Shown here piece by piece: positions 54,321 through 63,853 of a stretch of 64,000 bases of DNA. The position numbers and the translations under genes are program-made. This DNA comes from Pirellulales bacterium. Lineage in GTDB: Bacteria; Planctomycetota; Planctomycetia; Pirellulales; JALHPA01. Within the stretch, counting starts at the first letter, position 1. Each line of letters begins with the position of its first letter. The notes under the pieces were generated by a model, which did not search any database, had not been told where the DNA came from, and saw only the letters and a program-made list of their open reading frames with translations. The DNA lies in the NCBI GenBank assembly GCA_040901795.1, contig JBBDYH010000123.1:8569-72568 (forward strand), read 5' to 3'.

Positions 54321-54900
54321 TGGCTGGTGGGGCGATTTATTTCCTTTTTTCCATTTTTGTACCGGGTCGTGCAGCGCGCGCCATTACTTGCACTTTGGTG
54401 AATTAATCGGGCGTTTGCGAGTGCGTCGGATCGACATAAGGCGTTTTGCATTTTGGGGTTGGACGAGTTGGTCATGGATGGAATGGGTCGATTTATTTCG
54501 TTTCGCACGTGTTCGGTGCGCGGTACAAAAAACGGATGCGGGCGGCGGAAGGCGCGGCCTACGGCCGCAACCAAAAGTTGAATTGAACCACGGAGCCACG
54601 GAGGGGTCTCTAAGGAAGCCCAGGTCGCCGCTGCCTGCCCGCCGCGGCGGGGCGACTCGCGGTGGCGAGAATCCAGTAAATGATGGTCAGCCGATTCGAG
54701 CTTCCTGCCTTCTTGGCTTCTTGATAGCGCCCTGCCGCCGTATTGCGTCCGTTCCTCTGTGATTTATAATCATGCGTACACCATAGCACAACCGGTGGCA
54801 CACTTTCAAGTGCCTACTCGAAAAAAGACCGACATGGGGCAAGCGCTAAAACATGGCCCCACCCGCACGAGGCGGGCGGTGGCCTGACGTGAATCTTTGG

Positions 54901-57156
54901 CTAACTATCTGGCCTCCAAACATCGCTCCACTCCGGCAAGCGGGAGTGGAGGCGAGCGCCGCGTACGTAGCGGAACCGCGTGACAAACGCTGCGGCGACG
55001 GCCAGGGCTGCCAATAGGGCCATGGTTGAAGGTTCCGGCACGGCGGCGACGCTGCCGACGCCATCGGCAGGAGCGGTGATCGGCGCGGCAGTGGGATCGT
55101 AAAAGGCGCCCAGAAGCGTCACGTCGTCATCATCGACGAAGCCGTTGTAGTCAAAGTCGCCCAGCGCCCATGACGGTTGCGAGACGCCCGGAGCGTAGCT
55201 CGCGCCGACGATAGTTACATCATCGTCGTTGACAATGCCGTCGAGGTTGGCGTCGCCGGTGCGCGTGAAGGCGATTAGAATCGAAGTATCGTCCACCGGC
55301 TGACGGCGAAAGCTGGTGTAGGGGCCCAGCGGCAATGTGCTGTTCTCGGCGTAGCCGATCGAGCGCGATTCAGGCTCGGTGACATTGGCTGCGGCGGCGG
55401 CGCTGCTGGTGATGCCGTTGCCGTTCCAGGTCTTGCCGAGACCTGGTCCGCCGCGACCTGCGAGGAGGTGTTGCCTGACCGTGCCGGCCGGGGTTGTGCC
55501 AGTGTAATTGACGATTAGTGCATTGTTGCCGAGGTCGAGCTTGCCTGGCGCAATCGGCGTACCGGTGATCGTGAGTTCCTGCACGATCGACGAGCCACCG
55601 CCCGGCTGGAGCGTTATTGTGCCTTCGGTCAACGTGAGTGAGGAGGTCCGGATATGTGTTGCGGTCAGGCTGCCTGGACCTGCTTTCGTGAGCGCGCCTG
55701 TGCCGCCGACACCGCCAAGGAACGAGAGATTGCTATTGCTGGCATAGATAGTAACCACCGTGTGGTCGGCCAACGTCACAGGAGCGTGAATGACGTGACT
55801 GCCGCGTGCAACATTGATTGTCGCCTGGCCGGCTGATACATCCAGCGTCAATGGATTGGGACCAGCAATGGTGTAACTGTGGGGACTGTCAAAGCCAATA
55901 CGGCCAATCGTAATAGGAAGGTCAGCCGTAATCGTGCGCGGACCACTGATTGCCGTTCCAAATAGGGCTTTCGCATCGGTCGCGTTAGGAACAGAAATGC
56001 TCCAATTGCCTGCGTTCGACCAAACACCGTTTAGACCGGAAAGCCACTGGTTGACGATCGTATTACCGAGCACCGCGACCCAATAGTCCAGGCGACCAGA
56101 TGGCTCGCGGCCGAAGCCAACAATAGTTCGTCCATCATCACTGATGCCGCTGGCCTGCGTCAAATTCCATCCAGAAAGCGATTCAGCAAGGCCGTAATCT
56201 GCGCGTAGAACCGAAGTTAGGTTACGAGTGCCGTGGACCGGATCCCAAATGAATGGTTCAGGCCCGCTCGGATCAACACCCCTACCGACTACAATCGAGC
56301 CATCCGCTGATACCCCGTACGCGTACGCCGGCCCATCTCTTTGCACGTTCCCGTCGGGCAAGTCAGGGATTTCCGTCCAGCCGGTAGCTTGCGTCCAACG
56401 CGCGGGGACCTGAACGTCCGGGAATTGGCCTAATCCGCCAACGATCACGGCCATATCGGGCGTTCCGGCGAACGCCGCTGAGTCGCGCCTGCCCGGTGGC
56501 AGAGGACCTAACTCGACTGTTCCCGTCGCTTCTGTCCACTGAAATGCAAGATTATTCCTTCGGCCGCCGGCATGGTTGGATTGTTGTCCAATCACGATCT
56601 GTCCATCGGCCGAGACATCACCGACGTAGAGGCTGCCGACGATGCCCCGCATTCGCGGGATGAGGGATAGACCGTCAGCGCTCGTCCAGCGAAACGCCTG
56701 ACCGTTGTAGCCGCCGACAACGGTATTCCCATCGGGCGTGATAGCACTTGCGCCAGTGTTTGTGCTTGGATCGCCAGGAACGATATGCTCAACACCTCCG
56801 CTTTCAGTCCAACGGAAAGCGACAGATTGAGATTCACCCGTTGCTTCATCAGCGCCAACTATCACCGCCCCGTCATTGGAAACTCCTGTTGCGAATCCCG
56901 GGAAGTCAAGAACAAGCAGCGGCTCGCCCTTCGTCCAGCGGACTGGATAATCGACACTGTCTCGGGTCGAAATACCGACAATATGCTGACCATTGCGCGA
57001 TAAGCGCATGTCCACATGAAACGTCGGGTATGCTCCTAATCCGCTGAAGTATGGTTCATCAGCTGATGCAAGCAGCGACATCACGGTCAATGAACCGAAT
57101 ACCGTGATGGCCAGTTTGGCTCGAAGAGCGACGAGCGCCGTTTTGATGTTTGGCAT
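54901..57156 (-). CDS. Secreted HAF-repeat / autotransporter-beta-strand-repeat / dockerin protein with PEP-CTERM anchor
   Basis: Signal peptide, reiterated GVS(A/N)DG..IVG repeats, dockerin-like GDANLDGIVNDDDV and DFDYNGFVDDDDV, and VPEPSTMALLAALAVAAAFV. Confidence 0.8.
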   Translation of the reverse strand: MPNIKTALVALRAKLAITVFGSLTVMSLLASADEPYFSGLGAYPTFHVDMRLSRNGQHIVGISTRDSVDYPVRWTKGEPLLVLDFPGFATGVSNDGAVIVGADEATGESQSVAFRWTESGGVEHIVPGDPSTNTGASAITPDGNTVVGGYNGQAFRWTSADGLSLIPRMRGIVGSLYVGDVSADGQIVIGQQSNHAGGRRNNLAFQWTEATGTVELGPLPPGRRDSAAFAGTPDMAVIVGGLGQFPDVQVPARWTQATGWTEIPDLPDGNVQRDGPAYAYGVSADGSIVVGRGVDPSGPEPFIWDPVHGTRNLTSVLRADYGLAESLSGWNLTQASGISDDGRTIVGFGREPSGRLDYWVAVLGNTIVNQWLSGLNGVWSNAGNWSISVPNATDAKALFGTAISGPRTITADLPITIGRIGFDSPHSYTIAGPNPLTLDVSAGQATINVARGSHVIHAPVTLADHTVVTIYASNSNLSFLGGVGGTGALTKAGPGSLTATHIRTSSLTLTEGTITLQPGGGSSIVQELTITGTPIAPGKLDLGNNALIVNYTGTTPAGTVRQHLLAGRGGPGLGKTWNGNGITSSAAAAANVTEPESRSIGYAENSTLPLGPYTSFRRQPVDDTSILIAFTRTGDANLDGIVNDDDVTIVGASYAPGVSQPSWALGDFDYNGFVDDDDVTLLGAFYDPTAAPITAPADGVGSVAAVPEPSTMALLAALAVAAAFVTRFRYVRGARLHSRLPEWSDVWRPDS

Positions 57157-57216
57157 GATTTCTCCCTTTTCAGACTGGCCACTCTGCTTCAGGTTTTGGT
57201 GGGATCACTCGATTAG

Positions 57217-58218
57217 TTAGTCCTGCTTTCGGGCTCGACGCCTGATTTGCGTACAGGCCAGTAAAACGATCGCCACGGTGCTCAATGTCCATGTTCGCGG
57301 CTCGGGCACGAAAACGGCCTGGCCATCTGTGGCGGTTAAGATGAACTCTTGGAAACTTGAAACGCGAATGTCGAAGCTGGCTTCTCCCCAGCTCGAGTTG
57401 TACATCGCGTCGATGTCGGCCGAAGGCAAGCGGGCTCCGTACGAACTTAGGCCGGCGATTGCACCGTCAATGAACACCGGCCCTCCGGAATCGCCCGCCG
57501 CGGCCGACGCCTCCTCAATTCCAAAACCGAGGTCCGATGCAAAGCCGATTATGCCGAGCGCATTGTGCTGCTCCTGCCCACTGTCGAAGTCGTAGGCCAG
57601 ATAGACCTCGTCTCGAACGGAGTCGTAACGGTTGAGGCCGGCGCGCTTAGCCGTGACACTCGATGCCGCGTCGTTCACTCCCGTAGCGCCGTGCCCCGTC
57701 TTTCCGTAGCCGGCGATAACGATCTGCTGGCCCACTTCGTTGGCGAAACCGTAGAGCGGGTAACGCGGGATTTCGGCCGGCGCATCTTGCTCTAGTTCAA
57801 CGATGGCCAGATCGGCCAGGCCGGGCCAGGCGGAGGGAAACTGAATAGTCGTCGCATTGACTCGAAGCATCAAGACACGGTCGGCCAGCTCGAAAGCCGC
57901 AAATAGCGGAACATCAGCGACGATGCCATCAACGAGTCCGTCGTGATCCTCGTCGAGACAATGAGCGGCCGTCAAAACATGACGCCCGGTGATGAGAGCG
58001 CCGCTGCAATAGGAGACAATGTCCTCGAACGCTTGCGGCGAGGGGTCGAGCGACGCCCCCAGCAGCGCGACGCCATCCAGATCGATTCCGTAGGATGTTT
58101 GGCCGGGCGTAACAACGCGGTCGTTAAGGTCGGAGAGAACGACGGCGTGCGCTCCTGCGCATGTAATCCAAGAGGCAACCAAAAGAGCGCTCAAAGTATT
58201 CTGAACAATCGTCATCAT
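57217..58218 (-). CDS. Trypsin-like serine protease with PEP-CTERM anchor
   Basis: Signal peptide, LTAAHC, GDSGGP, and C-terminal VPEPRTWTLSTVAIVLLAC..RRRARK. Confidence 0.85.
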   Translation of the reverse strand: MMTIVQNTLSALLVASWITCAGAHAVVLSDLNDRVVTPGQTSYGIDLDGVALLGASLDPSPQAFEDIVSYCSGALITGRHVLTAAHCLDEDHDGLVDGIVADVPLFAAFELADRVLMLRVNATTIQFPSAWPGLADLAIVELEQDAPAEIPRYPLYGFANEVGQQIVIAGYGKTGHGATGVNDAASSVTAKRAGLNRYDSVRDEVYLAYDFDSGQEQHNALGIIGFASDLGFGIEEASAAAGDSGGPVFIDGAIAGLSSYGARLPSADIDAMYNSSWGEASFDIRVSSFQEFILTATDGQAVFVPEPRTWTLSTVAIVLLACTQIRRRARKQD

Positions 58219-58292
58219 AGTTGCGTCTTACTCAAGTGGTCGGGAGCACAGCACAACGTCCTGTCGGCCGATCACCTGGCCTTTCGGCGCCG

Positions 58293-59942
58293 CTAGACGC
58301 GCATCTTCACGCCCACCTTATGCGTCCAGGTGCTTTCCGGTTGGGTGAAGAGTTGGTCGACGCACGCAGCGTTGAGAAGTACGGTAGAGTCGTCCCGACC
58401 CAAGGGTTCATCAGTGGAGGCTGCCGTTTGCGAAGTAGCAGGCGCGGCTGGAGCGCGCGAAAACTGCTGGAGGAAGAAATCCTGAGATGTATTGTTCGAG
58501 GCGAGAGTTGTTCCATCGGGGAACGTCACAGTACCCTCAAAGAGGCCAGTAACCCACAGGTTTCCGGCAGGGTCAGTATTCATATTGCGTAATTTGATTC
58601 CGGTTTTAAACGACCACGTTTTGACAAATGTGCCGCTGGCGGCATCGATTTGAGTCACGAAGTGCCCAGCGGGAACCGTTTCGGAGCCGATTTGCGCCTG
58701 ACCGCCGAGACCGTTTAAACCGCTATCCATCCAAACGTTCCCAAATTGGTCGGCGGCGAGTTTCGGCCGTGGTCCGTCGTTGGCAGTGCTCCCCACGCCG
58801 AGTGCCCAATCGAAGCTCCCAGTCGAATCCAGTTGCGTGACAAAGAGATCGTTACCGCCGCGCTTGCCGTTGGCGTTCGTGAGGCGAATATTGCCGAACG
58901 ACGCGTATTGAGAGCTAAACTCGCCGGCGATCGCGACCTTGCCGTTGTAAGTGGCGATGCCCCAAGCTGTTGACGACCCATCAGCAATGATCTTCGCCCA
59001 TTGGAAATTGCCGAGGAGGTCGGCCTTGGCCGCAATTGCGTGTTGTCCATTACCCTTTCCCAGGTTGAACGACCCGATGATGGCCTCTGTGCCTCCACCG
59101 CCGCGTTTGTATCCGGTTACATAAATTGATTCCTGAGAGCCGTCGATGGCGATATTTGTAAATCCCTCGGACGAGGTTCCAGTCGTCCGGTTGGTCCAAA
59201 GGAATTGCCCAGTGCCGGCATCCAAGCAACTTAGGAAGCCATCGGAACGGTCGCCGGCGGCAGTCCATTCTTGTGCGCCGAATGGTTGAGTGCCGCTGAA
59301 TTGCCCGGCTATGTAGATGGAACCAGCAGCGGCGGCGCCGTTGACAGTGTGAATGGCAAAGCCGCCCGCATAGCTGGAATCACCAAATGGTGTAGCCCAC
59401 TCTACCATTCCTGCGTCATTGAGACATATAACGACGTTGGACTTCCAGCCGGTGGTAGTGCCTACAGAGCTCAGGACTATGTCATCGAACGCGACTGTAT
59501 CGGCGAAAGACGTCAGGACGTAGACGTTGCCGACTCCGTCCACTGCAATGGACTGGCGCCAATCCGAGGCGGTATCTTGCGATTCGCTTCCAAAACCCCG
59601 CGCCCAGGCAAGACTGCCATCGGAGTGATATTTGGCGACGAAAATGTCGAAATCGCCATTGCTGGTCAGGTTTGTGACACCCGGACCCGGATCGAAGTCG
59701 ACGGTGTCCGAAAAGATTCCCGTCAGATAGTAGTTGTTCGCCGCATCTACGGCGATCGCGTAGCCGGCATCGACCCCCGGTCCCCCAAAAGCGAAAGGCG
59801 CCGTTGGAGTAACGGCAAGGAGGTCGCGTCGCTCCAGTGACTCGATGCTTGATCGCCGTTTAAGAGAACATCGGGGCGAAGTGCGAGAGCGACCCTTTCG
59901 AAAGATCTTTGATGGACGGCTTGCTGAGCGGATTGAAAACAT
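58293..59942 (-). CDS. SBBP-repeat / beta-propeller secreted protein
   Basis: N-terminal SIESLERRDLLAV motif. Reiterated segments like GYAIAVDAANNYYLTGIFSDTVDFDPG. ATG 59942 (GTG 59990 is an alternative). Confidence 0.7.
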   Translation of the reverse strand: MFSIRSASRPSKIFRKGRSRTSPRCSLKRRSSIESLERRDLLAVTPTAPFAFGGPGVDAGYAIAVDAANNYYLTGIFSDTVDFDPGPGVTNLTSNGDFDIFVAKYHSDGSLAWARGFGSESQDTASDWRQSIAVDGVGNVYVLTSFADTVAFDDIVLSSVGTTTGWKSNVVICLNDAGMVEWATPFGDSSYAGGFAIHTVNGAAAAGSIYIAGQFSGTQPFGAQEWTAAGDRSDGFLSCLDAGTGQFLWTNRTTGTSSEGFTNIAIDGSQESIYVTGYKRGGGGTEAIIGSFNLGKGNGQHAIAAKADLLGNFQWAKIIADGSSTAWGIATYNGKVAIAGEFSSQYASFGNIRLTNANGKRGGNDLFVTQLDSTGSFDWALGVGSTANDGPRPKLAADQFGNVWMDSGLNGLGGQAQIGSETVPAGHFVTQIDAASGTFVKTWSFKTGIKLRNMNTDPAGNLWVTGLFEGTVTFPDGTTLASNNTSQDFFLQQFSRAPAAPATSQTAASTDEPLGRDDSTVLLNAACVDQLFTQPESTWTHKVGVKMRV

Positions 59943-60103
59943 TCTCGTTTCTCCTGATCGGCGTGTATCTGACGTGGGTTGAGCGCGCACCGTGAGCGCA
60001 GTAACGCTCTGGGCGCTGTTTTTGAACTTTGCCGGCTGCTGTGCCTGGCTTCAGATTTCGCGCGCGGACTTGGCCCGCGGCCTATCGATCGCCTGTCGCT
60101 TCT

Positions 60104-63100
60104 TCAGCGCTTCTCCGTTTCGATTTCGTTTCTAACTTGCAACATCTCCTCCGCTTCGGCACGGAGCTGTTCAATCTCAAAAAGGAGATCCATCGTACGG
60201 ATTGCTGGGTCTTCCATTAGAACAACTCCTTCGCTATACGACTGTTGCGCCTTTTCATGTTCGCCTAATCGCCAATATGCCATCGCTATAGTAAAGTGTT
60301 CAATGGACGCAGTTTGCCTTGGCTGCTCCAAGGTCTTTTGCATTGTGGCGACGCATTCGGTCCAACGATGTTGGCGAAGCTGCGCGATTCCAAGGACTCG
60401 CATAACGCCTCCGGGGGCGTTCTTTGCCTTTTGGATGCTATCCAGAAGTACTACGGCCTCGTCCGGCTTTCGTAGTTCTTCGTCGGGACAAGTGACGAGG
60501 AACGCTGCCAACGTCATTTGCAGATGAGGGTTGTTGTTTTCGCGCACGATCCTCTGTCGGATCGCAGCGGAGAGTGCCCGGAAGTGCTCTGAGGCGGCTT
60601 TCTTGTTTCCTGTTCGCCAATACCCCTTGGCCAGGGTCTCCAAGCACTGCCTGTAGTCATTGGTCTCTTTGCCGTAACCGGCGAGCGCCTCTTCGGCAAG
60701 CTCGATCGACTTGGTTATGTCACGAAGCTTGCGCTCTGGGCAGTCGAGAAGAATTCTGGCGAGCAGATGAGATGCCGCGGGATTGGGCGACTCGTAGAGA
60801 TGGCGCGCGCTCTGTAGGTCGTCGATCGCTTCGACATAGCGATGAAGCTCTACGTACGCGCGAGCCCGCTCGTAATAATGACCGGCCGCGTCGGGGGCCA
60901 GCTCGATGGCACGGGTGATCGCCGTTACGGCTTCGTCCCATCGATTGAGCGCGGCGTTAATTTTCGCCAAGAGGTAGTGATCAATCGCCGAGTCGCGCCG
61001 AAGAGTGATCGCCGTCTCGATATCTTTGCGCGCCTCTTCAAGTTGATTCAAGCAGAGGAGCGCGCCGGACCGTCCTCGATAAGTATCGGCCGTCGCGATT
61101 CCCGCGCTGATCGCTCGATCAAACTCGGCGATTGCGTCCTTGTACTTGCCGAACCGATGCAAGATGTGGCCTCGACCGGAAAAGTAGTCTGGCCGGTCAC
61201 GGTCGATCGAGTGGTTGGCAAGGGCGCGCGAGATCGTTTGTTCGATCTGCGCAGCCGTTCGCTCGGCCTCCGCCTTGCGACCCTGTTTCTCGTGTATCAT
61301 TTTCACAACGTGCAGGGCGTGCCCTAGGAACACACCTGTGTAGACATCGCGGGGCTTGTCATCCCACGCCGCCGTGAAGCACTCGAGCGCTTTTTGGGCA
61401 GCCTCGAGCGCCTCGTCGAGCCTTCCCGCGCTGAAGAGAGGAGATGACTTCGACCGATAATCCTGCGCCAGATCGTGTTTATAGCCAGGGACGCCGGGAA
61501 ACTCCGCGACAAGCGCGGAATGCATAACAATCGCTTCGGCGAGCGCCGCCTCCTGTTGTTCACCAGGAAGAGCAGTCGCCAACAGCCACTGCGACTTGGC
61601 CATTAAGCCTTTGGCCGGCGTGAAACGTGCGTTCTTCTTGAGAACATTCTGGCAACGCTCGATTGCCAAATGTGCGGCGGCGGCAGCGGACCGGTGTTTT
61701 CCCCGATTGTGCGATATCGTTGAGTCGGCTTCGGCGAGGCGAGCTCTCAGGAACTCAAGCCGCCATTGATCGGGGAACCGACGAATACCGTCCTGCAAGA
61801 TCGCGGTTCCTTTCGTCAGAGTGGCGTTTGCCTCGCCACTTCGCCCGTCCCAATCCAGTCGTTTGGCAAGCTCGATCAAGCTTTCGGCGGCGTGCTCGTA
61901 GTGAGACGGCGTCTCTGGAAACTCCTCCAGGAGTTGCTGCGCCAATTCGGCCGACCGGCGGAACAGCGGCGTGGCGCCGCTTTCGGAGGTTATCGCCGCT
62001 GTGCCCGCAAGGAGCTCGCCCAAGCTATACGTTGCTTTGGCCAGCCTTGCGCGCATTTCAGCGCGATTGGGATACGTCGCGGCGAGCGACTCGTATCGTT
62101 TTACCGCTTCGCGAAGGGCCTGTTCGCCTTTCGTGTCGTTGCCCAGCTTGCAATAGAGCTCTCCCATCCGCCGGTGAGCTTCTGCGAGTTCGAGTTGCAC
62201 GTCAGGTGAATTCGACTTCTGTTGGGCGATGCTCTCGTAGAAGCGGAGTGCCTTTTCTAGAAACTGGCGCTGTACCGGCTCCATGTGCGGCTCGTTGGCC
62301 AACCAGTTCTCCGCGACCTGAACGTACATGTCGCCGACGGCCTCACGAGCCATGTCGAGGTTTTCCTCGGCTCGTAAACGCTCTTGGTGAGCGTCGCCCA
62401 AAGCGGCAAGCGTGTTGTTGCGCTCCAGGGCGAAGAGAACGGCCGCAGCCGACGTAAGCGATGCCGTGACGCCAAGGAGGACGGTCACTGCCAACAACAA
62501 ACCGCGGTGCCGGCGTGACCAGCGAGTGAGCCTTTGAGTGACGGAGGCGCGACGCGCGGCAACCGGTTCGCAGTTGGCAAAACGCTTCAGATCGTCGGTC
62601 AATTCCTTAGCCGCGCCGTAGCGCTCGGACGGCTCCTTCGAGATCGCCTTGTGAATCACGGTTTCCAGATCGGCAGGAACGTGCGGGTTGATCGCCCGCA
62701 GGCGCGGCGGGTCTTGCTCGGCGACGTCGCGAATCAGTTTTTGCCGGTCATGTTCGGGAAAGGCGGGGTGCATCGCGATGAGCTCGTAGAGCGTGATGCC
62801 GAGCGAATAAATGTCCGTCCGCTCGTCGAGCAATTTGGCGCCCGTGGCTTGCTCAGGACTCATGTAGCGCAGCGTGCCGAGCATGTCGCCGGTCAACGTC
62901 ATGCCGGCGTCCGTCGAAAGACGAGCCAGGCCAAAGTCGGTGATGTAGAGCTTGCCGAATTGATCGAGGAGTAAGTTGGCCGGCTTGATGTCGCGATGCA
63001 CGATGCCCATCTGGTGCGCGTGATCGAGCGCTTCGGCGGCCTGAATGCCCAGCTCGGCAACGCGGCGGAAGAAGTCGGCGGGACGCGTGGTGTGGAGTGT

Positions 63101-63853
63101 GGAGAGGGCGGCGGCGACGGTCTCGGCGTTCTCGTTCCCACGCTCTGCGTGGGAACAAAGCGGTGGCCGCTCTGCGGCGTGAGCGGAGTTGTCCTCTCCA
63201 GGCGTTAGCCCAATTTCCGTTTGATTCGCATCTCCCAATTCGCGCCGCGGAGCGGCGAAATTTACGTTCCCACGCGGAGAGTGGGAACGAGAAAGTTCTT
63301 CGATCACCTCCGCGAGCGTCTGCCCCTCGATGTATTCCATCGCGTAGAAATGCACGCCACGTTCGCAGCCAATGCAGTACACGCTGACGATGCCCGGGTG
63401 CTTGAGCGCAGCGGCCGCGGCCGCTTCCAGCTTAAACCGCTTGAGCTGCCGCTCGTCGAGCATCGCCGCAAAGGGCAACACCTTGAGCGCCACCCGCCGG
63501 CCCAGCGAAAGCTGCTCGGCCTCGTAGACCACACCCATCCCGCCGCGGCCGATCTCGCGGATCAGCCGAAAGTCACCCAAGGGATCCGTGAGGCTGATCG
63601 CAGTTCGCGTTTGCCTGTCGACGCCCGCCGCGGACGATTCGATCGAGCCCGCCGCGCGCTCGATGAGCTGCAGTCCGCGAACCGCCTCTTCGACCAAGGG
63701 CTCGATTCCCGCGTGGGCGGCGGCGAACTCTACCGGGTCGGGCGGCCGGCCTTCTTCGCACAGCCGCAGATACTCCTCAAGCGCGCGGGCCACTCGCAGG
63801 TCGTCGCCGCGAGCCGCTGTGCTCGTTGATGCGTGGAGCGAGCTTTCATTCAT
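60104..63853 (-). CDS. Ser/Thr protein kinase with TM helix and long TPR-repeat C-terminal region
   Basis: Motifs IGRGGMGVVY, VALKVL, HRDIKPANLL, DFGLARL and YMSPEQ. About 70-aa insert between YAMEYIEG and the catalytic loop. TM LLLAVTVLLGVTASLTSAAAVLFAL. Many TPR-like repeats. Confidence 0.92.
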   Translation of the reverse strand: MNESSLHASTSTAARGDDLRVARALEEYLRLCEEGRPPDPVEFAAAHAGIEPLVEEAVRGLQLIERAAGSIESSAAGVDRQTRTAISLTDPLGDFRLIREIGRGGMGVVYEAEQLSLGRRVALKVLPFAAMLDERQLKRFKLEAAAAAALKHPGIVSVYCIGCERGVHFYAMEYIEGQTLAEVIEELSRSHSPRGNVNFAAPRRELGDANQTEIGLTPGEDNSAHAAERPPLCSHAERGNENAETVAAALSTLHTTRPADFFRRVAELGIQAAEALDHAHQMGIVHRDIKPANLLLDQFGKLYITDFGLARLSTDAGMTLTGDMLGTLRYMSPEQATGAKLLDERTDIYSLGITLYELIAMHPAFPEHDRQKLIRDVAEQDPPRLRAINPHVPADLETVIHKAISKEPSERYGAAKELTDDLKRFANCEPVAARRASVTQRLTRWSRRHRGLLLAVTVLLGVTASLTSAAAVLFALERNNTLAALGDAHQERLRAEENLDMAREAVGDMYVQVAENWLANEPHMEPVQRQFLEKALRFYESIAQQKSNSPDVQLELAEAHRRMGELYCKLGNDTKGEQALREAVKRYESLAATYPNRAEMRARLAKATYSLGELLAGTAAITSESGATPLFRRSAELAQQLLEEFPETPSHYEHAAESLIELAKRLDWDGRSGEANATLTKGTAILQDGIRRFPDQWRLEFLRARLAEADSTISHNRGKHRSAAAAAHLAIERCQNVLKKNARFTPAKGLMAKSQWLLATALPGEQQEAALAEAIVMHSALVAEFPGVPGYKHDLAQDYRSKSSPLFSAGRLDEALEAAQKALECFTAAWDDKPRDVYTGVFLGHALHVVKMIHEKQGRKAEAERTAAQIEQTISRALANHSIDRDRPDYFSGRGHILHRFGKYKDAIAEFDRAISAGIATADTYRGRSGALLCLNQLEEARKDIETAITLRRDSAIDHYLLAKINAALNRWDEAVTAITRAIELAPDAAGHYYERARAYVELHRYVEAIDDLQSARHLYESPNPAASHLLARILLDCPERKLRDITKSIELAEEALAGYGKETNDYRQCLETLAKGYWRTGNKKAASEHFRALSAAIRQRIVRENNNPHLQMTLAAFLVTCPDEELRKPDEAVVLLDSIQKAKNAPGGVMRVLGIAQLRQHRWTECVATMQKTLEQPRQTASIEHFTIAMAYWRLGEHEKAQQSYSEGVVLMEDPAIRTMDLLFEIEQLRAEAEEMLQVRNEIETEKR
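63134..63156. repeat. Perfect 10-bp palindrome GTTCCCACGC-TCT-GCGTGGGAAC inside the kinase gene
   Basis: Seen directly. Encodes ...SHAERGNEN... in the kinase insert. Confidence 0.85.
63266..63288. repeat. Palindrome GTTCCCAC-GCGGAGA-GTGGGAAC inside the kinase gene
   Basis: Seen directly. Encodes ...HSPRGNVN... in the kinase insert. Confidence 0.85.

Noticed and set aside
54610-54801. 63-aa ORF in the AT-richer gap
   Set aside because: No start context or motif. It spans a GC-rich palindrome.
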